63,231 bases of DNA, filler included, from Octopus bimaculoides (GCF_001194135.2; 4 parts of 4 records of this genome joined end to end with filler, not necessarily neighbours in it), one strand, 5' to 3'; positions 1 to 12,590 are shown, counted from the whole stretch's first letter. Numbers and translations are program-made. Notes: a model not told the origin generated them from the sequence alone.

Positions 1-354
1 GACCATGATTCTATAAAAGGTTTTAAAATTTGGTAAACAGAGAGTTACTTACGTTTCTTGCATAAATAAAAGAAATTTTATTTAACAAACTGTGACACTA
101 AAGACCGAGGTTACCGTGGTCTTTTCGTAGGTTTTTCTTTCCACGGATAACCTCCCCATTTATTGGGAATTTTCTGTAATATTTCATATTTTTTGTAAAT
201 ACCCCAAACGTTTTGCGATGTTTTTTTTTTTTCATCGTTGTCCCCACTTTTGTTTTTTTTTCTGCTTTGTTTTCGCCCCCCTCGAAAAGAAAAAACTCTA
301 CATTTGTATTTTGTCCCCTCTGTGTTGAGCCCTGTGTGGCTAATAAAGAAACCT

Positions 355-510
355 ATCTATCTATCTATCCATCCATCTGTCTTTTTAAATGTTAAATCTT
401 TAAAACTAAGTCCTAATTATCTCACTATCTATCCACCTGTCTATCCATCAATTTATCTATCCGTCTATCTATCTGTCTATCTATTTACCCATCTATTGAA
501 CTATCTATAT
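355..510. repeat. Degenerate (CTAT/ATCT)n tetranucleotide microsatellite
   Basis: Runs of ctatctatc seen directly. Confidence 0.85.
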
Positions 511-864
511 TAACTTTAAATCTTTAAATCATTAAAATTCTTGAAACTTTAAAACATATAAATTTAAAACTTTAAAACTTTATAACTTAATGACCCAGAG
601 CCTTCAAAAGCTTTCGAAATTCTTTGAGAGTTTTCGAGATTTTATTAATAGTTCCAGAAGCTTTTTCTCCGAGGGCTTTTTAAAGTTTATTAAGCTTTTT
701 AAAAAATTCACTTGTTCACACTTTTTTCATATATTCATTTAAGAGTTTTTTTCATTCTTTCACATTTTCGCTTTGTCTTCACCTTAAGCGCTTTTAACTT
801 TTAACATAGACCAACTTACCTTGTTACTATATTTCCTCCTCTTCTTTTGCCCTCCTAATTTCTC

Positions 865-927
865 CAGACGAAATACCGCTAAGCATTTCTCCCGGAGTAC
901 TAACGATTCTGCCAGCTTCCCCACCTG
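865..927 (-). mobile_element. 5' head fragment of tRNA-derived SINE, called family B here (head GGCGGCGAGCTGGCAGAATCGTTAGCA)
   Basis: gacgaaataccgctaagcatttctcccggagtactaacgattctgccagct matches the reverse complement of the head at 47519. Confidence 0.75.
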
Positions 928-937
928 AATGATAATG

Positions 938-1005
<68 letters not shown>

Positions 1006-1276
1006 NNNNNNNNNNGAAGAAGAAGAAGAAGAAGAAGAAGAAGAAGAAGAAGAAGAAGAAGAAGAAGAAGGAGAACAACAACAACAACAACAACAACAAT
1101 AATCATAATAATAATATGCTGCAGCTGCTAATATTACAACTACTACTATTATGATAGCACAGGAATCTGAGGCCCAACTACCACCCTTACCACTACCCCC
1201 ACCCCTGCTACTGATGCTGTTGCTGCTACTACACATACAAACTATAATATCAGTGATATCAGTGATGATAATAATG

Positions 1277-1335
<59 letters not shown>
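928..1335. repeat. Compound microsatellite (AAT)n-(GAA)n-(CAA)n-degenerate-(AAT)n
   Basis: Seen directly; small N gap at about 1006-1015. Confidence 0.95.
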
Positions 1336-1337
<2 letters not shown>

Positions 1338-3246
1338 AAGTAAACGGATGGAGCCTCCCATGGCCTGACTAATGATACATCTAGTGATGGTGTGGCAATA
1401 AAAACACTGGTAACTGCGCAACCTGATAATAGCTACCTCATATGAGTGACAATGAAACACAAAACATTGTGAATAACGGTGATAATGAAACTGAAGCCAA
1501 TGATGGTGACAGTGTTGCAGCTGCCTGTCGATATCCATAAAGGGACCACCACACACGATGTAGATGGAACAAGCAAATTAATGCTGTGGTCATGGAGTGT
1601 TACAACCTGAGCAGCCCGGTAGATGAAAATGGTGCTCAAATTAGGGGTTACCGACAATGTATGTATGATCATTTGAGAGAAAAGGGATTGTTTTAACTCA
1701 CGGAATAGAGTGATCAAGCTAGAGCAATAAGAAAAAAAATCATTGGTTCACAGAAGTAGAGCTCGAAGCTATAAAAAGACGGGTCTTGGAAAAAAAGCAG
1801 CAGAGATAATGTTGAAAATACAGGTCTTACTAATAAGAGTAATCTCATAGCACAGGAAAGGAGCGGTAGTAGTTTACTTGATGAGAGACATATAGATAAT
1901 CTAAAAGAAGACAATAAAACTGATGGGGACATGACAGATGAACAAAAGGCAATCTACGACAGAATAAAGGCAAGACGACAGGAGAACGATAGCGACATTA
2001 TTTGCAACCTTAAAAAGGTTAGTCGATGGAAATTGAACCAAGAAATGAAAAATGTCAATGCAATTCTGAAATACATCAGAACAAACAGCATCTCAGAAAC
2101 AAATAATTTGATCAAGGCAGCAAGTGTAGTTGTAGCAGAAAACATGGGTGTTGATGTCAAGAAAAAGAAACATAATGGGAGTGACAAAAGAAAAACCCAT
2201 GGTGGAAAAGAAGAATACATGCAGGGTTAGACATGCTCTCGAAGGAAATCTCTATGTTAGACCGAAAAGAGAAGGGGGAGCTTAAAATCGAACAAAACTA
2301 CAGGGCGCTGAACAGGAAGTATAATATTGAAAGAAAGGGCCTGAAAGTGGAACTGAAACAGCACCTCGTTGCAAAGCAAGCCAATATGGTAAGATACAAC
2401 CAAAGAAAGAAGGGTTACCACTAGAATAGGTTATTCAGAGTCGATCAGAAGAGATTCAACAAAGAAATAAATTGAGTGTACAGATGAAAAGTTGATACCA
2501 GATAACAATGAAAGTCAAAGGTTTTGGAGTGACATCTGGAGGAAAGACAAGGAGTACAAGAAGGATGCTGAATGGCTGCAAGAACTGAAACAAATAATAG
2601 TCTGTCCAAAAGAGACAGAACTAGTCGTTTCAGTTAGGGAAGTGAAGCAAATCAGCAAAAAAATGAGCAACTGGAAGCCCCGGGGACCAGATGGATTTCA
2701 AGGCTACTGGATTAAAAGATTTGGTGAATGTCATGCACGAATAGCTGCGCAACTCAACACCTTGTTAAATGCCGACCAAGTAACACCAGAATGGTTGACA
2801 TTGGGTAGGACAGTGCTGTGCTTGAAAAACATCATAAAAGGCAATGCGGTAGACAATTACAGGCCGATATCCTGTTTGCCACTTATGTGGAGGTTATTGA
2901 CTAGAATCTTCACAGAGTCAATGTACGAACATCTGGGAAAATGGAGTCATGCCACATGAGCAGAAGGATTGCAAGCGTAAGTACAGAGGTACCAAGGATC
3001 AACTCCTGATAGACAAAACTGTACTTAGAGACGGCAAGAGGAGGAAAAGTAACTTAATCATGTCATGGATCGACTATTGTATGGTGTGCGATATGATCTC
3101 ACGTTCTTGGATTATGGAATGTATGAACCTATTTGGTATTGCATCGAATGTTGAGCGATTGCTTGGAAAAAGTATGTCGAATTGGAGGACGGACCTGACA
3201 GCATACGGAAGAAGTTTAGGGACAGTAGAAATTAGGAGGGGCATCT

Positions 3247-3249
<3 letters not shown>
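1336..3249 (+). mobile_element. R4/Dong-like non-LTR retrotransposon, 5' half (N-terminus to the middle of RT), decayed
   Basis: Broken ORF from ATG 1442 (MSDNETQ...RWNKQINAVVMECYNLSSPVDENGAQIRGYRQCMY). RT motifs [47 protein letters not shown], ending at VEIRRGIF. Several stops and frameshifts. Confidence 0.9.
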
Positions 3250-3281
<32 letters not shown>

Positions 3282-4075
3282 GTTTTAAAATTAGGCACAA
3301 GTATAACAGCCTTTAGACACAGCAATTATTCGATGCCGTTGACTTCAGTGTTTAAATTGTACTTTATTTTGTTAAGCTACGAATGGTGGAAGGCAAAGTT
3401 CACTCCAGACTTTAACCCAGAACGTAAAACACTCGAAGAAATATTGATTACAAATTTTGGCATAAGGCCAACAATTTCGAGGGAAGAGATGTGTTGATTA
3501 CATCGACCACAGTGTTCAACTGATACTTATTTTATCAACACAAAAATGATGACCGGTAAATTCGATCCCAGCAGCTTTGGAACTCAGAAATTCCACTCAG
3601 TGTTTTTTTCCGGCGCGGTAACGATTCTGCCAGCTCGCTGATTTCAAGGAATATTGCAAGGTACTTAGACGTTCTTACGTTTTTACCAGTTCATCTCCAG
3701 AAGTAATTTCTAACATAAAGAACAAGGAAGTGCGGGGAAGAAGTGTTAGACAATTAAATGTATCACAGTATTTGATGGGTAATTTATCGATCTTGAAGAG
3801 CTGAATGACAAAGCTGAACTCGATGGTTGATACTAGAACGTAAAATGCCGTAGTAAATACTGCGAAACTTTTTTCCCCGGCGGTCTCATGATTCTGTCAA
3901 ACCATCCGTCCTTAATAGTGGTGCTTAATGTCGGTACCAGACATGAATTTGTGAATGAGTGGTTAGTCGATTAAATAGACTTCCGTATTTGGCTGATACG
4001 ATTTTTGTTTTATCAAGACCAGAGGCATAAGAGGTAATGTTGATCTCATCAGGATTAAAACTTAGAACATAGACT
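3282..4075 (-). mobile_element. About four head-to-tail degenerate family-B SINE copies, with an (ATT)n tail at 3250-3281
   Basis: Repeated segments resembling aaattttggca.aaggcca / tcgacc / gatgaaaggcaaag / aacgattctgccagctc at about 3282, 3450, 3700 and 3920. Confidence 0.7.
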
Positions 4076-5024
4076 TAACTATATATCTGCTACTGCATTA
4101 ATTTTGTACATTCGCAAATACTAATACTTAAAGAATGTTCATTTTAATTTGAAAATGCTCGGTTCTTTCATGATGTATACAATTTTTGCAATAATTTTAT
4201 TCTTTTTCTTCTCTAGATTTAAATGCAAATAATACTTGCATAAACCAAATGGTTGCTTAGTAACAGACGTTGATTATCCTCTGAAACATTGAATAATAGA
4301 TTAAGTAAAGTATTAAAATAATATTTGTCAATGTATGTCCTTTTTTTACATAAAAATTGTCGTTAAAATGTTGAAACGACGTAAAAACATAAAATAGAAA
4401 AACACCTTTTCTTTCCAACAACGCAATATGGAAAATTTTGTTTTCTATAACTATAAAGTGATTATAAATTAAATAGGAATTAAACTCATATCGTGTAGTT
4501 AAATTTTGATGTTTTACATCTGTTTTGTTTCATGAAGACTATTGAAGACAAGTCAAGTTAGGAAAACCTGTCCCTCACAAAATTATAACTATACTTTCCC
4601 AGCGTAAACTTACGAAACATTTCGAAAAATTATAATATTTAGTAGCCCTACTCCTAATTGTTTTCACACTATTGTATCAGTATGCATTCAGATCAATGGA
4701 ACCAATTCGTGTCTCCATATCTATACGTATATCTCGATTTATCTGTCAATATAGCGAACGACCAATTAGACTTTCGTGCGAGAAGATAGTTTTATTCTTT
4801 TGTTTCATCGGAGGACTATGGTGATGCTGAAGCCCACCTGCAACGGTTTATTTGATCGAATCGACCTCAGGATATTGTTTAAGTATGATATTTCTTCTAT
4901 CGGACTCTAGTTTCTGAACCGTTAAGTTATGATGATGTAAATAAACCATCACCTCTTGTTAAGTTCTGATAGACAAATGCGAAGAAGTATATACATGAAT
5001 ACACACACGTACATGCGCTATAGG

Positions 5025-5025
<1 letters not shown>

Positions 5026-5063
<38 letters not shown>
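5026..5063. repeat. (CA)n microsatellite
   Basis: Seen directly. Confidence 0.95.
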
Positions 5064-5067
<4 letters not shown>

Positions 5068-6104
5068 TAGCCTCTTACCCACATACGTACTAGCTTATCT
5101 TTCAATCTTAGTTATCGTTGTATAATGGTCCCTGTTACCTGCAGATAATTGGTCTTGCATCTCCTACACACAGGTTACTCACGGCTCACTCGCCTCTCCA
5201 CTCCTTGCTGTGTTCATATACCTTTCCTAAATTTTGCACTAAACTCTATATACAGTCTTCCTGCATCAGAACATCAGCCGTGTAATTTCATTCTTGTTCA
5301 CGTTTTTCTTGCAGGTGCTGAATAGCAAATGTTTAAACGGAAGGTTAATTTAATCACGCTCACTGGTTTCGGAAATCCTGTAACAAATCATGGGCACTGA
5401 CTTTCCTCCGTACTCAACAAGGAGAGATATTTGGTTGGCTCGGAGCGCCTGTATGGTCGTAACGGAGTGGTTTCACAGGGATATTGTGTAGTACTAGATT
5501 TGATACAACATTGGGCAGCTGTATCTAAAACAAACCCTAAAAGGTCTTCTACATTCTTATGGTTTCTTCACAGTAATACATATTATTCTGAGCTAGTTTC
5601 GTATAGTAAAAATATAAAGACTGGTCTCTTCTTTTGGCAAACAACTAACTTCATCTAGGGACAGTATACGCTTCTGGGAAGACCCTGCATATTTCAAAAT
5701 AATTATCAATCAAGTTAAAATCAATTAATCAATTAGCTGTAACCGGAAACCGTTGATGTTGAGCAATATATTTGCACTTAGTTAAGAGTTTGATGAAGTT
5801 CTAACGGCTTCTGAAATGCCATATGTATAGTGTATTTCCTGTGCTATACACTCAAGGCATTTATGTAAAATCATAAATACATAACTTTAGGGATTACATT
5901 AAAGAGTAAAAATGAAATTTACGTAATATTATAGAAAACTGGCACCGTAATTCTGTTCACAATGAAATCGTTTCGTATCTTGAAGAAATTCCGAATAGTA
6001 TGTGTGTACATATATGTGCGTGTGTGTTCATGCATTTATTTGTACAGGTATATATGTATATGTATGTATTTGTTTATGTTTCTATGTATGTATTTGTTTA
6101 TGTA

Positions 6105-7382
6105 TTGAGTTAGCAATTAAGTTCCGCTGTTTTTTTTTAATTTTTAAAATGATTTAATAAAAAAAGAACTAATTAATCAATAATGTATTCATCCTTGTTG
6201 TTTATAATTTCTTCCCAACGTTCAACAAGATTTTCAATACCTCGTTGGTAGAAATCACCCGATTTCGACTCGACAAATTGATCCCACCAAGCTCTCAATT
6301 TTACATCAGTATTGAATGAGACACCGCACATAACATTTGAAAGAGATCGAAAGAGGTGGAAATCTGTTGGTGCCAAATCAGGGGAGTACGGCGGGTTTGG
6401 CAGCACTTCCCCGCCATGCGTCTGAATGGCTACCTTGGTCATATTGGCAATATGAAGGCGGGCGTTGGCGTGCAGCAGAACTCCATGCTACCGGTTAGGT
6501 CTTTTCTCTTGAATAGCCGTGTTGAGTCGTTCCATCTGTTAAACATAGAGTTCTGCGTTGACCGTTTGGTTCCGTTCAAGCAATTGCTAATGGATAATCC
6601 CTTCCCAGTCCCACCATATGCACAATATCGTTTTACGCGGATAAAGATCTTGTTTCACGTGCGGTGTCACTTGCTTACCGAGGCTAAGCCATTCCTTACG
6701 CTGCTTCGTATTGATGTACAGACACCATTTTTCGTCGCCAGAAACGATTCGGTAAAGAAAACGTTGCTTGTGTCCATGAGTTGAGTGGTGATGAGCAAGC
6801 AAACCAGTGGAGATTGTGGCTCGATGATTTTTGTTGTTGTCACTTAAAGCATGCAGAGCCCATGCTCGATACTTCTGAACTTTTCCCATCGAGTGAAGAT
6901 GCTTCTCTATAGCAGTGTGGGAGCATTCCATTTTCTCTGCCAGTTCCCTTGTCATTTGACAAGAATTTTCGTGCAAAAGTTACTTTAAGCGCTCTTCATC
7001 GAACTCAACTGGATGGCCAGAACGAGGTGCGTCTTTGAGGTCAGAATTTCCATTTTTGAACTTGGCATATCAATCACGAGCGGTTCTTTCAGCTATGGCA
7101 CCCTCTCCATACACAGCAGAAATGTCGCGAGCAGCTTTTTCATCCTTAGAACCTTGATTAAAAGCAAAAAGGAGGTGTCAAAAATGCTCGTTTTTCTTAA
7201 CTTGACATTCCATTTTAATGATCTGAAAATAAACAAAAATTTACTGAAATTAACCAAAAAAAGAAAAACATTAAAAAATGATTCGAAAATAGAATTCTCG
7301 AAAAAAATAGATTTCAAAATGTAAAAATGCAATAAATTGCAAAATTTAAGAAAAAAACGACGGGAACGTAGTTGCAACTCAA
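6105..7382 (-). mobile_element. Full-length mariner (DD34D) transposon, inactivated
   Basis: Imperfect ITRs ttgagttagcaattaagttccgctgttttt and reverse complement ttgagttgcaactacgttcccgtcgttttt; TA duplications at 6103-6104 and 7383-7384; length 1278 bp. Confidence 0.92.
6173..7213 (-). pseudogene. Mariner transposase pseudogene (about 346 codons)
   Basis: MECQVKKNEHF...; degenerate WVPHEL-like motif WALHAL, SGDEKW, LLHANARLH (second catalytic Asp changed to Ala), HPPYSPDLAP-type motif PNPPYSPDLAPTDFHLF; several in-frame stops. Confidence 0.9.
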
Positions 7383-7974
7383 TATATAGTTGTGTACAAT
7401 GAGTACGATGATTGTGAACGGGATTAGGGCTCAATGAAATAGTTAAAATCAAACTTCAAATGCAGTTGAGTTGGTAAGCAGATATCAATAAAGTTAGATG
7501 GATATGCGCAAGTGTATGGAATACATTTACATGTTATATAGTTTTACACAATAGAATCATATTTTTGCAGCTGTTTCGACGCATCCTGCGAACTGTGAGT
7601 ATTATTATGCAAATAATGTAATTACTTGTAAACATGATTTAAGGAGGGTAGAAGAAAGACGAAAAATGAGCCATGAAAGCAATGAAGAAAAGTACCTTTA
7701 ATACGTGAAGAGATAGAAAGTAAAGACGATAAAACATAAATTGATTAAAACAACAGCCAAGTAGATTTATGTACGAGACATAACATAAAAAAAGGAATAC
7801 ATACAAACCCAAGTATTGAGAGGTGAAGTTGAGTAGTACGGGAAGACTAGTCAAGAAGAGCCCTTACTGGGTTTATGGGATACACAATAATTTGTAAATA
7901 GATTATTTGGGATGAGTGTCTCACATTGATTAAAACAATACGCAGAGACAAGCATCAGAGTTTAAGAAGAATTA

Positions 7975-9457
7975 TTAGGTCGTAATGTATGAAATTTGTA
8001 AAAAACGAAAAAAATTTTACTAATGTTTTATAAATACAAGGAATAGTTTTATTCATCAAAGTATGCACCAATATTGTCAATACACTTTTATCATTTCAGC
8101 GGTAGCTTGTCCAGCCTGTTTTACAGCATCGTTGAAATTAAATTTTTTTTCCTATCAAAAAGTTATCCAAATTCTGGAAGAAGTGGTTGTCAATGGGGGC
8201 AAGATCAAGTGAGTATGGTGGATGATGGAGAACTTCCAACTCCAACACTTGTAGTTTTGTCAGTGTTGTCTGACGTTGTCTTACAATAAAATAGGAGTTG
8301 ATCTTTCGACTAATCTAGACTGTTTTTTGATAAGCTTCTGCATCATGTGGTGCAGTTGACTGCAGTATACTTCGGCTGTGATTGATGAGCGAGGTTTAAT
8401 GAAATCATAAAGGATCACACCTGCGCCAGACTATCAAACAAACACCATCAGTTTCTTTTGATGAATTTTGCTTTTCGGGCTGTGTTTTGGTGGCTCGTCT
8501 TTGTCCAACCATTGTACTGAACATTTACGGTTGTTGTATTGGATCCATTTCTCATCACATGTTACAATTCGATTCAAAAATGATTAATTTTTGTGACGAG
8601 AAAGTAGCATAATGCAGGCTTCCAAACGCTGCTGTTTCTGATTTTCATTGAATTCATATGGAACCCACTTGTCTAACTTTTTCACTTTACCGATTTGAAC
8701 TGGATAAGTCAATATTGTTAGCAAGCAAACAATAAACAAGAGCAATAAATCACGGGCACTTTGAGATGGATCTGACTCGACGGTGGCTTTCAGTTGGTCA
8801 TTATCCAACTTTGTTTCTGATCATGAGTTTGCGTCTTGAAATCTTAATTGTCCTCATTGGGTCATAATGTATTAAATTAAATGAATAGGGCTCCTGTTTC
8901 TATTTGATTATGAAAATCAACTAGGGACAAGATCAGGTGAGTATGGTGGATGATGGAGAATTTCGAACTCCAACAACTGTAGTTTCGCCAATGTCATTTT
9001 TGCGATCTGCTGTCTGACGTTGTCTTGCAATAAAATAGGTGTTGATCTGTTGACTAATGTAGGCTTTTTTTGTGTAAGCTTCTACGTCATTTGTTCCAGT
9101 TTAGAGAGGTCAAAGTTACCAGAACGAAAGTTTGCAAACCAATTTGATTTGTCTGTTGTGTAATAACATGAGAATGAAATACTCCATTAATATTCCGAGC
9201 TGCCTGTGATGCTGTATTTCCCAAAAATAACTCATATTTCAAAGCTGTACGAATTTCCGACTTAACCATCCCTAAACAAAACTAGCAAAAAACGATTTAT
9301 AAATACTTTATAGAGCGCAAAATGAGTTTGAATAAAGAAATAGATGTGTCAGCTTTCTAACAAAAATAAAGATTGTCAAAATATAATAATGGCGAAAATG
9401 AACAGCTGTCAAAGTTTACAATATACCTTACTACAAATGTTATACTTGACGACCTAA
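7975..9457 (-). mobile_element. Second mariner-family transposon, decayed, with an internal duplicated segment
   Basis: ITRs ttaggtcgtaatgtatgaaatttgt and reverse complement ttaggtcgtcaagtataacatttgt; TA flanks 7973-7974 and 9458-9459. Fragments MVKSEIRTALKYE (9269), VDNDQLKATVESDP, KLDKWVPYEF, HHPPYSPDL (twice). Confidence 0.85.
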
Positions 9458-9641
9458 TACTAAACGGATTCTTCAAGAAGACATTATAAAGGTTTATAGC
9501 AACAATAACAAATGTAGAATGAATGTAAAAAGTGATGTAAAATTTAAATAAATTTCTTTAGAACATCGTTTTATGAAACAAATCATCTGCGGGCTCACGC
9601 AAAAAAAAGCGGGAATCTAAACAATAATGTATTTATACATT

Positions 9642-9690
9642 GTTATTACTTTCAGGAATATATGCTTCCTGGTGATTTTCATCAGATAAC
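9642..9690 (-). ncRNA. Hammerhead-like motif, atypical (8-nt insert after A9; C15.2 missing)
   Basis: Minus strand: GUUAU-CUGAUGA-aaaucacc-AGGAA-gcauaua-UUCCU-GAAA-GUA-AUAAC; stems I and II of 5 bp each. Confidence 0.4.
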
Positions 9691-10094
9691 ACCCCCTCCA
9701 TATAGAAGTTGTGTTCACATAGCACACGGGATTCAACGCTGTTAGATGACTTTGAGAAACTGCGATATTTTGACATTATTGTGTGTATCCTCAGTCAAAG
9801 CTTTCCCTCCAGACCGAAGTTTCTCACAAGAGCTCAATGCGCCAGATGATGGATACGATAGCATTTTAAAAGCAAAATCTGGAAACGTTGAATGTGTACC
9901 TTTTGCCTGTAAAATACCTCCATATCCGACGCTTCTAAAATTTGTTTATAAAGTTTTCTCGCATTCGGAAAGCTGTTATTTAGCATTAAAATTGACAGTA
10001 ATTGTTGTCGGGGGTTGTTTAGCTTAAGGATAGAGCACTCAGCCGGTATCTGAGGGGTAAAGATTTCGATTCCCGGAACTGCTTGCAGGCAAAT

Positions 10095-10215
10095 AGACCC
10101 CAGGACTTATTCTTTGTAAGCCTGGTACTTATTCTATCGGTCTCTTTTGCCGAACCGCTAAGTTACGAGGACGTTAACTCATCAATATCGGTTGTCATAC
10201 ACACACGCGCACACA

Positions 10216-10262
<47 letters not shown>

Positions 10263-10354
10263 NNNNNNNNNNNNNNNNNNNNNNNNNNNNNNNNNNNNNN
10301 NNNNNNNNNNNNNNNNNNNNNNNNNNNNNNNNNNNNNNNNNNNNNNNNNNNNNN

Positions 10355-10386
<32 letters not shown>

Positions 10387-10545
10387 GGCGGGCTTCTTTC
10401 AGTTTCGGTCCAAATCCACTCAGAAGGATTTGGTCGGCCTGAGGCTGTACTAGAAGACACTTACACAGGGTGCCACACAGCGGTACTGAACCGAGAACCT
10501 TGTGGTTAGGAAGCAAGTACCTCACTACACAGTCACGCCAGTGTC
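10095..10545 (-). mobile_element. tRNA-derived SINE, called family A here, with an internal (TA)n(TG)n tract
   Basis: Shares blocks cttattctttgtaagcctggtacttattctatcggtctcttttgccgaaccgctaag and ttctttcagtttc...aaatccactca with copies at 21218, 36429, 39012 and 58335. Confidence 0.88.
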
Positions 10546-11984
10546 TATATGATAAGAATTTTATATAATTTATGACAATAAACCACGGTTACGTTATATT
10601 ATTTATTTATTAGGATGGATTAATCATTTTTTAACTTTCCGAAGTATTTTCTGCCGAATAAGTAATATGTTATCTGCAACACCCTGGCACAGTTTCCTGG
10701 TCGTAAATTTAACCTAAGAGATATAGTACTATATTATTTCTGCCTTCAGATGATGAATGTGATGCTGGAAAAAGAGGCAGTAAATGTCATCGAACGGCGC
10801 TTAAAAGTGACACGAATTCGTTAGAATATTGGTCACGAAATCATGTGAAAACACCACCCCTGGTGATTCACTGGAGTTCTGGGTGAAGACCAGTGTTTTT
10901 GACACATGACACTTTTTGAAAGGTTTTGCTGAGTCAAAAAAGCACTAGTTGTGCCGTTTCACATCTTTATACACACTGGGCTATACATAGCTATATGTTC
11001 GTTTAAGTTTCACTCAAGTTAGGATATTGAACTATTGTTGCCATAGAAAGTTTTACATTCATGTAATGAAATCTTCTTACAGTGCGACATCTTTTTATCA
11101 ATTGAATCACGTATCCCAGTTTACATCGACAAATAGTTATGGGTTGTCTTCTCTAAACGCAATAAGGGGTCTTCTTGACTAGTCTTTCCTTCATAGTTAT
11201 AGTCGATTTCATTTACTCCTCTACTTCGCCCTCTTTTACAAGGTTTTATAACAATTCCCTTCTTCGCGTTAGGTCATGTACATAAATTAGCGACATTTTT
11301 ATCCTTTTATCTTTCATTATCTTGATTTTTCTCTATCTTTTTTTCACGTTAATAACTCCTCTTTCTCCTTCACCTTCTAAGATCATTCTTTATTTCCACC
11401 CTTCTAACCTCGCAATCAATTTCTTTCCCGCTTCCGCATAGTTTTTTAACATTTCCCTTCTTTGTGATCGGTTAGCTGACGTGGTTACTTTTCAGATCTT
11501 GCTCTTTTACATTCTTCTACGCACATAAATGTTTTTCTCCCTTATTTTTCTCTCAGTTTTTCTTTAGTTCCTTTATCTGTATCTACCGTTCTAGTGACAC
11601 TATTTATATTTGGCAATTATTCCTCCCATTGCATTTAGCCATTCTCTCTGGGGAAAACGAACTGCGTTTGTTTCATGTAGGCACATATGTATTATAGCTC
11701 CTGTATTCTAACGTTTCAGTTGCTTCTGTATTATTTAAGTATTAATGTCTTCATAACGTTTACACCTTCTTGCATGTCATGAATAATGATATCCATAATT
11801 CACAGGATGCGTCCAAATGGATGTATATATCTGGTTATATCATGTAAAATGATGTAACAAATCATATTAATATATTCCGGGTACCTATAATTTCTTAACT
11901 TTCTTTATTGATCTATACGCATTTATATATACATTCATAAATACACACATATACTTACATATATAGAATACATATATAGCCTAC

Positions 11985-11989
<5 letters not shown>

Positions 11990-12070
<81 letters not shown>
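11990..12070. repeat. (TA)n(GA)n microsatellite
   Basis: Seen directly. Confidence 0.95.
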
Positions 12071-12074
<4 letters not shown>

Positions 12075-12321
12075 TCTAAAAAATAGGAAAGTAGGATTTT
12101 CTAAGAAAGAGCAAGGCGCACATATCTTAAATCCAGTTTATTAGCAGCACAGTTAAAATTTCTAAGACATTCCAAAGATTTTCCATCTAACACTCTTTAA
12201 ATGAATATATGCACACACTTGGTTGTGTGCATCTACAAAGGCACACATACACACACCGGAGAACTAAAGAGGCATGTTTTCACTCAATATAGGTGCAAGT
12301 GGATATATCTACATATAACTA

Positions 12322-12590
12322 GCGCACCGTCGGTTACGACGGCAGGGTTCCAGTTGATCCAATCAACGGAACACTACGCTCGAGAAATTAACCTGAAAGT
12401 GACAGAGCACTCCACAGATAAGCATACCCTTAACGTAGTTCTCTGAGGGAGTTAGCGTGACACAACATTTGACAAAGCTAGCCCTTTGAAATAGAAAGAA
12501 AGTGTCTTTCTCAAGGATACAATGCACCGCTGGGAACTGAACATCCGACCTTAAGATCGAATATCCTAACCACTGAGTTACTCGCCCTCA
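12322..12590 (-). mobile_element. tRNA-derived SINE, called family C here
   Basis: Reverse complement of the copy at 46258-46548 (gttccagttgatcc.atcaacggaac...cccttaacgtagttctc). Confidence 0.82.

Noticed and set aside
784-1372. ORFs with poly-I/L/S/Y tracts, plus all X-rich and HT/YI/CV-repeat ORFs in the track
   Set aside because: Translations of microsatellites or N gaps; no protein signal.
5300-5440. Acceptor-like ttttcttgcag at 5314, and a loose minus-strand hammerhead-like arrangement
   Set aside because: No FnIII/Ig-like reading frame follows; the ribozyme core is mismatched at several positions and has no valid UH cleavage site.
10010-10080. tRNA-like sequences here and at the heads at 25063, 34030-34092, 39012 and 47519
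   Set aside because: A and B boxes are present but acceptor and T stems are broken, and most run into SINE bodies; treated as SINE heads, not tRNA genes.
10735-10890. Acceptor tgccttcag followed by a roughly 45-codon open frame (DDECDAGKRGSKCHR...)
   Set aside because: No resemblance to contactin domains and no convincing donor.
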